Shown one piece after another: positions 38,814 through 51,417 of a stretch of DNA of 64,000 nucleotides. Position numbers and translations under genes: made by a program. Source of the DNA: Syncephalis fuscata S228 (Eukaryota > Fungi > Zoopagomycota); contig JAHLTZ010000022.1 in NCBI GenBank assembly GCA_025786725.1, positions 186,001 through 250,000 on the forward strand, written 5' to 3'. Positions within the stretch are counted from its first letter, which is position 1. Every line of letters begins with the position of its first letter. The notes under the pieces were generated by a model, which had not been told where the DNA came from, ran no database searches, and worked only from the letters and a program-made list of their open reading frames with translations.

Positions 38814-40049
38814 TTAGCCCATGGTAGAGCGGGCCAAAGTACGGAATACATTACGTATACCGCGCCATCCGTGTTTTGAAGAAGTGGAGGCAATGGCTTT
38901 CGTATCATCCCAGTCAGAAGGCAATGGTAATGAACGATTTGTATCCTTACTTAGCCGTGCCGCAGTGGTAGGTGAAAGTTTTGCTTGCTGATATAGGTTG
39001 GCGTAGTAATGACTGTTGGTATCAACGATACCAACGTTGTCCACCTCAAAGTTGTCGGATGTTGGTGTACGTGGAAATGAGCGAGTGCTGCTGTGTCGAG
39101 ATGTAGTCGATGTATGACGCGATACAAATGTGGAATTCTGTGCAGAGCGTGCGCCCGATAAATAGGCAAAGTCACCGTTGACACTGTTGAATCGTCGACG
39201 TACGGCGGAATTGACCGATGCCAGCTTGAGCTGTGCCAATTGCTGTGCAAATTGTTCACCACGATCTTCAATGACTTTTTCAATTGAATTGGGTGTATTA
39301 GCGGCAAATAGGCCAGAGTCAGATGAGGCACTATGGCGTTTTCGTTGGTGTACTGCATCAGCAGTCAGGCCAGTATCAGGTAAAGAGCGTGGACGTGTGC
39401 TAGATGACGTTGAAGATGCACGCGATACTGAAGTCGGTGCCAATGGGCCGCTGCCCAATGACTGGTGCTGTTTACTCCAGTAGGTAAGTAGTGTAAAGGC
39501 ACCATCTTCTCGTGAGCTCGATGACGGCATTGGTCTAGGTGTAGTATTTTTACCATCGCTACCATCAGACTCGGCATCAGAGGATACGTCACTTTCACTG
39601 TCGTTGGATTGATGGTTGTGCACAGGAGCTTGTGCATCAAGGAAATACGCGCCGGTCAATTGTGCATCTAGTGCATCTTCACTCCATAGTGCGCCTAATA
39701 GTTCAGAGAATGCACGTACTCGTCCCGCGACTGTATTATCGGCCGCATTAAGACCGAACAATACACCATCGGCTGAAGTAAGTAGTTGCTGTGTAGTCAC
39801 AGGTGGTGCTTGATTAGGTGCTGCTATGTTGCTGCCACCACTATTGTTGCTGCCACCGGTACTGTGACGGCTGTAACGAGTTACGGCACACCGTAAACGG
39901 GATGTACCACCTCCTGCAAGAATCCGCACATCAATGCCAGGAACGCGCCGTGCACCACGAGCAAGCGCTTTTGCCGTGCGGCGTGCTTGAGGGCAGCCAG
40001 TAGGCGATACAATGGCCAGTTTGGCGATGATATAGCTATCTGTAGCCAT
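38814..40049 (-). CDS. Degenerate flavodoxin-like (WrbA/Pst2-like) N-terminal domain with long Ser/Thr-rich disordered tail
   Basis: KLAIVS..TAKALARGARRVPGIDVRI...LLTSADGVLFG..VAGRVRAFSELLGALWSEDALDAQLTGAYF resembles the WrbA/Pst2 pattern, with the FMN loops altered. Confidence 0.6.
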   Translation of the reverse strand: MATDSYIIAKLAIVSPTGCPQARRTAKALARGARRVPGIDVRILAGGGTSRLRCAVTRYSRHSTGGSNNSGGSNIAAPNQAPPVTTQQLLTSADGVLFGLNAADNTVAGRVRAFSELLGALWSEDALDAQLTGAYFLDAQAPVHNHQSNDSESDVSSDAESDGSDGKNTTPRPMPSSSSREDGAFTLLTYWSKQHQSLGSGPLAPTSVSRASSTSSSTRPRSLPDTGLTADAVHQRKRHSASSDSGLFAANTPNSIEKVIEDRGEQFAQQLAQLKLASVNSAVRRRFNSVNGDFAYLSGARSAQNSTFVSRHTSTTSRHSSTRSFPRTPTSDNFEVDNVGIVDTNSHYYANLYQQAKLSPTTAARLSKDTNRSLPLPSDWDDTKAIASTSSKHGWRGIRNVFRTLARSTMG

Positions 40050-41159
40050 TGTATGTAAACAAAATCTGTTAAAATGGGCTGTTAAATAATTAGTCAAATT
40101 AATAGCGTGTCTATTAAGTTTGGAAAAACAAAAACATAGACACTGTAAAAAAAAAAGAATAAACCGACTAGTGATACTTTGAAATATGCTTACTAAAAAC
40201 AAAAACAAAAAACTAGAAAACAGCGCTTATCTGTCTGTTTTATATGTAAAACATAAAATAAAGCCCGCCGAGACGACAACGATGCAGGACACGTGTCGAA
40301 AAAGTGAATCAGGTGTAGAAAATCTTCTCGGCGTTTTGCCAAGACATGCAGTTTATTGGTGGAAAGATGTACAAACGGGATCGGATAAATTCACGAGATT
40401 TTTTATCTATAATAGGAAAGAACTGACTAATGTTAGCGTAAAACTCTCGGGCCGGTAGTGCCATTGTACAGCTTTTCCATACACCACACAGGTCGGGGAA
40501 TGACCTCACAGGAATAAATTCGCCGATTTGCCATTATTCTGCTTTGCTTTCTGACACGACGTGGCAATGCACTACACAAATATAATGGCAATAGTAGAAT
40601 TAACACCGAGATAGCACGAAATTGCTCAGGTCCACATTTTTGCCAAGAAAGTGCGTGTGTTACAATGCGATATCCATTTGTGTTTTTACTCTATTGGCGT
40701 TTGAAACGGCATGGAACATGCATGTTTCTTGCTTTTTCTATATAATTCGCACACTACGGAATTCCACGGATCTTATGGAACTGCTGTAATTAAAAAACAA
40801 ATAGTTCATCAAGCGGGTATTCAATGTAATGGCCGTATCCCGAAACTATTCGTCATTGTTTCCTCATTACTCAGCATGTGTACAATCCATGTCGGGTGTA
40901 AGCAACTATACCAGAAAAGGTATAAAACAATCCCTATATAACTATCACGCAATATCCATACGTATTTAGTATTAACCATGACGATAACTATGACTAATAT
41001 GTATTTGCAGGTCATTGTTTATTTGTTTTAATTTGCTCAAATGTTTTCCGAATTAATATATAGTTAAATAATAATAAAAATAATGTAGTGTTAGAAATTA
41101 AACGACTAGCTCCAAATATGCTGCGCTATCATATAGATACAAATTTATTTTATTAATAA

Positions 41160-43023
41160 TCACAACAACCCAATAGATTGAATTTTGCGTAATTCTTTTG
41201 ATTGTTTTTTGATTTTTAATTTAAATGAGCGTGTTGTCGAAATGGTAGGATAGCTAGGCATACCGTGTTGCGTACGCATATTAGTCTCATTGGCAAGTAT
41301 ATACCGTGGATAAATGTCACGTAACATTAGTTCCTCAATCTCGTCGCGAGCAATCCGTAACGGCCTAATATCAAAAGGCGCATCGGCACGCTTAATCTCT
41401 TCTAAAAGATTTTGTCGTACATTGCCCGATAGATTAACTTGTAATTCGGCATCTTCTCGAAGAAACATTTTTCGAAACCATTTTAAACGGCGCTGTAATT
41501 GAGGAGAGCGTACTCCTAGAGTTGTCTGCGTATATCTCGAATTGATAAAAGTTATTTCTGATCGTCTGGACGATGAACGTGGCCGCTGAAAGTGCTGCTG
41601 GGCCACACGTAACAGCAGGCAGCAGCCTTCGTAAAAAAGCACATTTTCAATACACAAACAACGAATTGTATATTTTTTAAACTATAAATTATTTTGTAAT
41701 TAAAAGTAATCTAAATAATTGTAGCCAGCTTACCTTGGCAAATTCTTGAGGATTTTGAAGCATTTCGTGAAAAACAGCAGGAGAAAGTATTGACTTTAGT
41801 CCCGCTTCACTATCAGATTGCTCTCTACCTATTGAATTGTCAACATTGCTAGAAATCAGATTAGCTTGAACTAGTTGGCCTTCCTCGCGTCTCGCTAGCC
41901 ATACAGGCCAGAAAATGGTTACAAATTGCAAAATCATCGCATTGATAACCAAGAGATTACTCGGTGGAAATATAATGGCTGAATGGTCAACCGTGCTATA
42001 ATCGATGCTACGTGCCCAGCCAAGAAAAGCAACCAGTGTTACAATGCAAGATGAAACTGATATAGTCACTTCGTAACGAATACTGTAGATATCATCCATG
42101 CCACGTAGAAGCCATGCCAACCCACTAATCATGGCTACCAGTGGAAGCAAAGTTAGCCCAAACGGTATCCATTGCAAGCCATTACGTAAACAACCGTTAG
42201 AAGAGTCGCCTAGCGTTCTTTCTGGTGTTACATTTGGGTCAAGTATTTGTACCACAATTAATCCAACAGACACAACACCCAAAACAATAACAACGCCAAT
42301 TAATAGGTGCGGCGGTTCGGTTAGATGACGATGTTTATAGAACCAGTTTAATGCAGATGCACAGTCGATGCAGACCCAGCTTCTAAAGGCATTTGTGTGC
42401 TATTGACTGTAGATGCTATAGATGGGGCTGGTGATGCACGATTAAAAGAACTGATTTCATCAAAGTCGACAATTGGCGCCGAGTTGGATTCAGTCTGCCA
42501 CGAATTTTTGGCAATAAGTGTAGCTGATGCAGAATGTTAGGCTTCAAGGTATTTGACGATTGTATCGTTATTATTTCCGGCATTACAGTTGTGGCAGTAA
42601 GCGGCGACTCTGTGTCTGGTTGATAAGCTTCATTGGTACGCTGCGTGTCCAATAACGGAGTAGGCCGAAGTCTTGAGTTGACTTCACGGGCGCTTGCCTG
42701 ACCCACACAGTAAGATGCAACGATTCGAAAAGCCCGTGCACATACAGCTGATAGCGCCAAAGGCGGCGTTAGATGTAATATCCACATTTCAATCCAACAA
42801 GGAATGCTGTATTGAATTGGAGCAGATATGAGGAAAAAAACACAAACTATTGTATTAGATATCACTACCACCGCTGTTAGTTGCCAGGATCGAATACGAA
42901 CAGCGGGCAAGTGATAAAATTTGCAGAATTTCCAGGTAGTTATGCCGATAAAAACAAGAAGTATGGCCAAAATTGTATAGTAAGTGCCATATAGGCGTTT
43001 ATCTGTTTATGTATGATACTCAT
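41160..43023 (-). CDS. 7TM receptor-RGS fusion protein (GprK/AtRGS1-like architecture); at least 3 frameshifts
   Basis: TM segments with AVRIRSWQL, IPCWIEMW, DIYSIRYE, TIFWPV. RGS box FHEMLQNPQEFAK|F..CLCIENVLFY...FLREDAELQVNLS...EIEELMLRDIYPRY. Confidence 0.85.
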
Positions 43024-43923
43024 GGCAAAAGTGAATGTACAATTAGTTGGAAAGAGTGATTAATGATAACAAATAGATTTTTACACCACCAACAATCCGT
43101 AAAAACTAGTCAAGACACTAAGATAACAATCAACAGAATTTGACAACAAAAGAAAGGAATTAGACAACGACAGCTCTTTGTTTACCGACGACAGCAGAAA
43201 AGCTGATGCCTATGGCGTTTTTGTGAATTCTAAAATATTCTAATTAACGGAGCCGAGTTATCAATTATTAATAGGCCAATCAGGTGTCACTGGCCTGTGT
43301 AATTACCTGAAACGGAGCTATTCTACTCTTATAAATATAGCGGAGTTATTACCTATTCATAACGAATGGTGAAGTGTGGAGGGAATTTTGTCTTATCTTA
43401 CCTTGTATTAAATCGTATTCAAATAAATACTCATTTTTTTACCTTTGTATTATTTCATATTGTGTGTCTTTTCTATTATAAATGTTGGTTTAGCTGGTAA
43501 TTAGATTAAAGTTTAATAAATAAATTCTATTACCAGTATTCATACACTTTCTTGATATCTTTTGAATTTGCTAAATAGATTGCTCTTTTAGTATCAGTTT
43601 AAATCTTGTGTACTGAATCGTTATAGATATCAATAGATTTAAACCGCTTGTTATGTTTTCTATTTTGTCTAGTCTTGGTATTTTTCATTGATTGTATAGT
43701 CATGTGCCATGTGCCCTGTAAAACTATCACATCCAAGCTAAACAATGTTTATACGACCTCATGAAGTACAATATATATATATATATATTAGTAACAGCGT
43801 AGATTTTACACATACACGCTCATAAACAACATGTTAGATTTTTATTACATTTATTTGTATATTATTACAATTGTGCTATTTTTGTTTCAATGATGTTATC
43901 TGTATGCTTATTGTTTATTATTT

Positions 43924-46089
43924 TTAATGATTAAATGCTTTGTTAATGGTCTTCAAGCTGCCGTTGAGTCCAAAATATGGTGCGTAGATAGCTTGAAGTG
44001 AGCGAGCACCATATGGACCAGGTGTTGGATCAGCAACAATATAGCCAGAGTATATCCAATGGTCTTTGTACGCAAGTCCAGCTGGAATGCTGAAGTCAAT
44101 GGTGACTTGTGCAGACAATTTTGGCCTATTTTACTTGTATAAAAGGCTTTTTTAAAATGCCCGAGTTATCTTGCTGTGATTGCGTAGTCGTTGAGAACAA
44201 AGCTTGCGCAGTAAGCTTATTTCTTGTTGGAGGATCAGAATATTTATTTGGTTTATCAAATCCATACACAGAAAGGGCAGGGAGATGAGTAACAAGAAAA
44301 ACTCTTTCGTTATTGGTTGGGTTGTTAATGGCTATTGTATGTCTCTTTGTATTTTGACCTTGAGGTTGTATCGATTGGTCGCCAAGCTCAATCACTAAAG
44401 GAGATATGCTAAATGGATTTAGCAAAGCTCTTTCAATATGAAGTAATCCAGCGCCCTGCTCAGGCACTGATCCGGCCAGACCTTGACTCGCTATTGTATA
44501 AGGTATTGCTGTGCGCTGAGTGGCATTCTTAAATATCATTGGATCAATTCGTGGTATTTGCTGTTTGGTGGATTTTGAGCCTGTAAATAAAGTGCAGCTG
44601 CACCGGTTACATAGGGTGCTGCATAAGATGTACCACTCATAACTGCATATCGACTGTCATTAATGGAGTACGTGCTACCTTTTTTCGCAGTAGTAGCCAG
44701 CATTGTACCGGGCGCCATAATGTCTGGATTCATTTGAAGTTTTGACGATGGGCCCCATGCTATATGATCGGCACCTTTCATTGCCTTAGACGCAGGAATA
44801 TGAATTCTATGATGGGAAAAACTAAGAGCAACTTTTGGGTTAAGTTTGCTAATATTTTGGATGGTATTTGCATCTTCAATTGTGATGGAAACAATGGGGA
44901 AGGAACAATCGCTAAAATTGATTACAGAGTTCGGCAGTATGGCACCAGTAGCACCATGAATTTTTATGGTTTCAATTGCTTGCTCAATATTGCAAGAGTT
45001 AGGTGGAATTAAAACCATTTTTCCTTTTATATCACGAGGATACAAACAATTTTTCGGATTTGCCGATGGAGAAGCAACAACAACATTAATTTCTTGAACA
45101 GGCTGCGGATAATTAGAACAGCGATCGAGATACATGAAAGGGGCAGATTTTTTCTCTTGGCTATGGATTTGAAATGAGTTTGTTGTAGCATAAGGTATAT
45201 CCATTGAACTAACTGACACTACAGATGGCAAACTGGCAGGCACAAAGGAGGACCATCTGTCCTGGCCTTGATTCCGGTTGCCTACGGCAGCAATTGCAAT
45301 CATTCCTTGCTTCGTGTACTTGTCTATAATTCCCCTCAGCTGCTCTTGGAAGTCTTCTGGAGCTCCAATACGATCCGGAAGTACGCCAATAGAAAGGTTG
45401 ACGACGTGCATTCCGTCTTTGTACGCTTTGTCAAACGCATTTCTAATAATGCTGACGGAGAGAGGAGCATCATTACATCCAAATATACGATAAGCACCGA
45501 GAGTGGCTCTATAAGCCACTCCAACAAATGTGGGCGTCTGTGCTCCAATAATACCCGCTATGAGTGTACCATGTCCTTCACAATCTTTAGGATCATCACT
45601 TTCAATTGGCGGGGAAGTAGCGCTATGGCGATCGCCAACAAAGTCGTGGCCATAAGCAACTTTGCAGGTAGGACAAAATTTGCCACCAAGTGCTAGATGT
45701 GTATAGTCAACACCACTATCTATAATGCCTATCTTTACGCCTTTTCCATTCAGCTTACGAGCGTGTAATTTACTCACTCCAGTGATAGAATGTGGTGACA
45801 TCTGTTCAGTTACATCATTGGTAACTAAATTTCGTAATTTTGGGCCAGATTCTGTTTCAATAATCTCGTAATTCTTTAAATTGTCTCTTCGTCGTAAATG
45901 TTGGATAGAGCGAGGATATAGCCTTCTATTGTCTTGATTTTCAAAATAAGTCAATACATCTGCCGATGAGGGATCTGTTTTGTTTTGTTGTATGGCATTT
46001 GTCGTTAAAAGTTGCTCTGTATTGTTTTGTGCTGCATCGGACTGAAGCACTAGAACCAGTAGTGCCAAAATGGCTGAAAAATGGTGCAT
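43924..46089 (-). CDS. Secreted subtilisin-like S8 protease with PA insert and Fn3-like C-terminal domain; frameshifts near 44559 and 44124-44130
   Basis: Signal peptide. Catalytic triad GIIDSGVDY, GHGTLIAG, MSGTSYAAPYVTG. PEQGAGLL follows in the next frame. Confidence 0.9.
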
Positions 46090-46922
46090 AGTCGTAAAAA
46101 ATGAGCAAAATGCTGTTCTAACTGTATTTATTCAAAGAGGATTTCGTAAAAAGTTTTCAAAAAGGAAAAAGACACTTTTTGGATGATATACAGCCATATA
46201 TATTTCTTGCTGCAGTCACATGTATAAATGGACAAATACAAACTCAACAAGGCAAGCAAAAATCCTGATTAGGCAAACAAACTCCGTGCAGTAAATGTAA
46301 TTTTTGAAGACATACCGTTTATTATAGGCACTCATTGAAACAGAGCATGAAAATGAATAATTCAATCAGTCTAGTACCTAGTTAAATAGTACTAATAACA
46401 GTAATTAATAGTTACATTAATAAACTTGCTCAGCTACTGCAGTACATAGTGCTTTTGTTAAATAAAATAAATGCAACACTAGTATTGTCGCATGTAAATA
46501 ATCGTACTAAGCAAAGCGACCCACAATCTTCCTTTTGTTACAAATAATCATTGTGATCGATACATAACATTGTATCAATTACATATGATCTATCGATATT
46601 TAAAACTGCTTTTACAAATACTGGTTTTTTATAATATTTTGCCACAATATTAATAGAATTAATCCTAATGTATTTATCGGAATTAAAAGTACTTAATGTA
46701 TTGTTGCTGCTTAGTATACTTGTATGTAGCAGACTACACTTGATTTACTTGTTGCTATATATCCGAGACCAGCTTAGATTATCAGCAGGTTCATGTTGTA
46801 ACAATGGTGTGCGACTTTCGGAATAATTCTCCCGCCATTATTTTCCTTTGTCGTATTTGCTAGCTCACTATTTTCTATTTCATTTATTTCTATTGCGTCC
46901 GTTCTTCTACGCTCATTCAACA

Positions 46923-48167
46923 ATGTCGAATATTGAAGATATTATTAGTTCGTCTGTACATTTCTGCGGACTAGAACTAGACGTTTATGGTATATCAAAC
47001 ACACTTTCAGCACTAGGACTATTGCCCAAAACTGCAATTCAGTCAAATGGCAATACGACAAACATAAAGGCAATTGATGTTTTGATATTTATTCATGGAC
47101 GAGAACGTAAGTATTTTTATGCAATTATGCAATGTGTTAATTTATTATTTTGTGTTGTAGAAAGTAAAAAAGTTATCATAAAAGCATGTAAAGCTTTAGC
47201 GGCAGCAGGAAACATATCAGAATCCACAGGAAGCCTGCTTGTTCTTGCTTTTGATTTGCCCAATCATGGGGAACGCCTAACGAGCTCTTTCCGTAACTAT
47301 TCATGGGCACAGGGTAATATTGACCATGGTTTGGATATGTGGGGCTGCATGTAAGCTATTCAGTTATATTGATGGCAATTAGCTAATTGAATTAACTGCG
47401 CAATAGTTCTCTTGCACTTGGCGAAATCAAAACTATTATTAGTCTGTTTCCAACAGCATTGGCTAAGCCAGTACGTCGTTGGGCTGTGGGTGGAATCTCT
47501 CTTGGTGGTCATATTACTTCACTAGCACTAGCAGAAGGTAAGAAACTAATAACTATTACATATTGAAGACTGGTTAAAACATTTATTTGTAGATCCACGT
47601 ATTAATATGGGCATTATAGCCATCGGCTGCGGCAACCTGCACAAACGACTCGAAGGCTTAGCTCAGCATCATCAAGTGCCTGAGCAGAAAATGCACGATG
47701 TTCTAAATCAACTGGCCCAAAAAGACGCCACGATCAATATCGATCGAGTGATTCACGCCAAACACATAAATGGACCATTATCCAATCGCTGGATCATGGT
47801 ATTACACGGCACAGCTGACGATGTTGTGACCTACGAGTCAAATAAGCCATTTATTCATGCTCTACAGGATCGCATGCACGAATATCTGGACAGGGTACAT
47901 GAGGCTGAATTTAACAAAAACTCGGTGGATCCACTACGGGCCGTTTGTAATGCAGCTGTGGTCGACACCGAACCAGACGCTAGCCTTCAAGGTCATGGTC
48001 ATCTTCGCGTTAATATTTATCCTGAAGTTGGCCACACTATTCCGCCGGTAATGTTAAAAGCCATGGGTCGATGGGTTAGCGAATGGATGTGCACTCCCAT
48101 AGCATCATCATCATCATCATCTCAATTACCAGTGTCTGAGAATGACCAACGTACATTCAAATTATAA
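46923..48167 (+). CDS. Alpha/beta hydrolase (esterase-like), 4 exons
   Basis: IFIHGR, FDLPNHGER, GGISLGGH nucleophile elbow, HGTADDVV, YPEVGH. Confidence 0.85.
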
Positions 48168-48744
48168 TTACGCTGTATCTTTAATAAATATACACGTTTA
48201 TAAATATACAAGTGTTGAAGTTGGTAATAGTAAAATAAATAAACGGATAATAAAAGTTAATTGACCCAACAAGTCGGTATATCATTGAACAAATTATAAA
48301 CAAAATAATAAATGTATTAAAGAATAAACAAAAAGAATAAAAGTCATTTAATACCAAAAGTCATTATTAAAACTTGCATTCATGTGCGTGTATGTATATA
48401 TAGATTTTTATTACTGAATAAATACATGCTTGCATATGGTTTTCAGGCCTAATTAATGCATTGAATTTAAATACCATCAAGACTCTGTGAGGCCGCACCT
48501 ATGCCATATTTAATCTACTCCCTTTCTTTTTCTTTATTCCTAGCTAATATCACCACAGTAGTCTGCTTGTCTTTGCCCAGTTCGTAATTAGTGCTCATTA
48601 TACGGCCACTATTTCTTTTAGACCGTTTATTATGGAAACAGTTATTAGTATAGTGCTAGCTTGTGTTATTCAGTAGTTATTTGTGCGTCGACTTGTTGTC
48701 TGGATTGTTTCTAAAGTGCTACAGTACTACCACCCAATTGTAAC

Positions 48745-50094
48745 ATGAATAGCCAACAAAGTCGGCGTTTGTGGCTTCTCTACCTTTGTAGAGTATTGCT
48801 TTGTCTACTTGCTACACTGCCTAAAGCCATGTCCAAAAAGGCATATTGATGCCAGATAATATGCCGGCATTAGTGGGAGGGACTTTGGCAAAGACGGGAG
48901 CTTTCCCGTTTGCTGTGAAACTGCGTAAAAATGGCAAAGTAATATGTGGTGGATCGATTATTTCGCAAGAATGGATCTTAACAGCTGCACATTGTAAGTA
49001 AATGGGCAATCAGTTATAATGCCAATAAATTAATAATGTATTTAGGCTTTATTGAAACAAAAAACGACAATGACAATAATCCAAAGTTTGTACGCTCTTT
49101 ACTGCCAGAAGAGCTGACAGTAACCATTGGATGGGCTATGGACGATCCGAGAGTTTATCCGGTTGATAGGATTGTAGCATCGCCTCAGTTTGGCATAGAT
49201 AAATCAGGCACTCAGGTAATTCATTGCTGTAACAACATGTATTTAGCTAATAATTAGGAATGGATAGAATGATATCGGTTTAGTGCATTTGGCCATTTCA
49301 ATTCCTATTAACTCAGACACCGAACCCACGGATGCTTCGTTTGAAAATGCCATATTCCAACCGATTCGACTATGGCCACCTGGTATACCTATTCCTACCG
49401 GGCCATACATGGCTGTAGGCTGGGGACGTTTGGAGCACAATGATCGAACTGAAGGTCTACGTTCCGTCCCGTTGTGGCCATCCGACACTGCCCAGTGTAC
49501 TCGGGCTATTCCTAATGCTCAAAGCCGTCTAAATGAATTACTATGTGCAGGCCAAGGCGATGGTCGTGACACGTGTCTTGGTGACTCGGGCGGACCATTA
49601 TTAGTGCGTGCTAATGCACCACGACTCATGTCATGAGCGCTACTCCAGTGCCACCGGCTGAAGACATGATGCCTAGAAACAGCAGCAGCCAACTGCCATT
49701 TAAACCACCCTCGCTGTACAAGAGTACGGCTCGTTGGACACTTGTAGGCATTACTAGCTACGGTGCCAACACGTTGGGTGGAGTTCCAGGCTGTGGCGTG
49801 GCTGGTATGGTTGGCGTATATACACGCTTAGAAGGTTATATAAAGTTTATTTTAGATATTACGGGCATTCCGTCGGATGCTCTACTTGCAGATATAACAG
49901 AAAACAGCCAGTCCATCGACAACGTTCCAGTGGATGTGGATATGAATGGAGAAAAATATAACAGCAAGACACAGATTAGATCATTTCAAGCGAATAACTC
50001 GTCGCAAATACAACAAATTAATAGTGTGATGGACTGGTTATGGTTGAAATTAACTGCCAGCTATATCATTATCATTTTATACTTTTATTACTAA
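48745..50094 (+). CDS. S1 trypsin-like serine protease with signal peptide and hydrophobic C-terminus; 2 introns; frameshifts near 48824 and 49620
   Basis: LVGG, CGGSIISQEWILTAAHC, NDIGL, GWG, DTCLGDSGGPL, LVGITSYG, GVYTRL. Confidence 0.88.
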
Positions 50095-50240
50095 CACTTT
50101 AATGGATATTCTTGTAAGCTTTAGACTCAATAATAAACAATATTATTTGAAGTTATTTGTTTATTGTTGTAAAATATCTTTGTTGATTAGCACATTTTCA
50201 AAAGTGTAAATCATACCATGTGCCTGCACATAGTATTTTA

Positions 50241-51417
50241 CTAGCTATATTCAAATAAAAACACTACCAACAACCAACACGAGATCAATAGAGACGTGCT
50301 ATAATGAGATTGTCGATAGACCGATGCTGCTGCTGTGCTTATAGCGATATTTTGTGACGAGGCCATTTGGCTTTGAGATAATAGACTGCTGCCATTAACA
50401 AGCTCATCTTCAGTCAGTCCAGTTGCGCTAGTGATAAATGCCATACGATCTGCAACACGAATAAAAAACTGTTGTACGCTATCAGTGGCACATTTGGCAT
50501 TAACCAAGTCGGTGCTACTGGCACCAAACGATAAAACACCAAGAACACGTAACTCGTTTGGATCGGTTACAATAAGATCGGCTACATCCAGGTTAATATT
50601 ATTCAAATCAGCGTGGAGATTATCGCGCTATTATTGGCTGAATTTTTTGCAAGAGGACGCCACATAAGTGGACCACCACTGTCACCTGCGCATACGCCTG
50701 TATTGCGCTGATGACCAATGGCACAAATAAACGGACCACGGAAAGGAGTAACGTATTCGGGCGAGGCAAGATGACAAGTATTTTCTTGGCCATAAACCAT
50801 ATTTACCCAGCGCAGCTCTGTCGACGATTGGTAGGATGCGTTTCGGCCCCATCCAAAAGACAATAGCTGAGTCGGCTGTTGGCTCGTCTCGTTCGATGCG
50901 GCTGATGTTAAGCGAGCGGGCCTTATGGCTACTGATAGTAAAATAGGCTGTGCCAGCGTCAAAATTGCAAGATCGTTTTCACTTGTGGTTGTGTTGTAGG
51001 TGTCAATTTGTATTTTTGATATGTTTCTTGCACTTTGAGTGTCGTTGCTTAGCCGACCGAGCACCACGCTAAAATAATTGATGGAAGCAATTGTAATTGA
51101 TTGGCTTCAGCCTCGGTGGCATTGGGCTTTGGTGAACGAAGTACGCAATGGGCAGCGGTCAAAATATGTCGATTGGAAATTAGTGTGCCACCACATGCAG
51201 TACGACTGCGTAGAAGAATGTGAGCAGCATAAGGAAACTCGCCTTGGGCAGCTTTTGCTCCGTTGACGACCTTTAACAGCATATGAGGCCGTACGCTATT
51301 TTGGCTCTCCGTCTCGGCGGCGTAGACGGTAGTAAACGGCGCTATCCATTCGAGATAATTAGCCAAAGTAATTAATAGTATAGATATATGTAAATAATCT
51401 ACGATAGACTGTCTCAT
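50241..51417 (-). CDS. S1 chymotrypsin/trypsin-fold serine protease with signal peptide and GPI-like tail; no introns seen; frameshifts near 51084 and 50626
   Basis: VVNG, CGGTLISNRHILTAAHC, NDLAIL, GWG, GVCAGDSGGPL, LGVLSFG. Confidence 0.88.

Noticed and set aside
38951-40003. Several overlapping alternative-frame and antisense ORFs, also at 6225-6576, 10690-11004 and 44764-45696
   Set aside because: Shadow ORFs of real coding regions with no independent signal.
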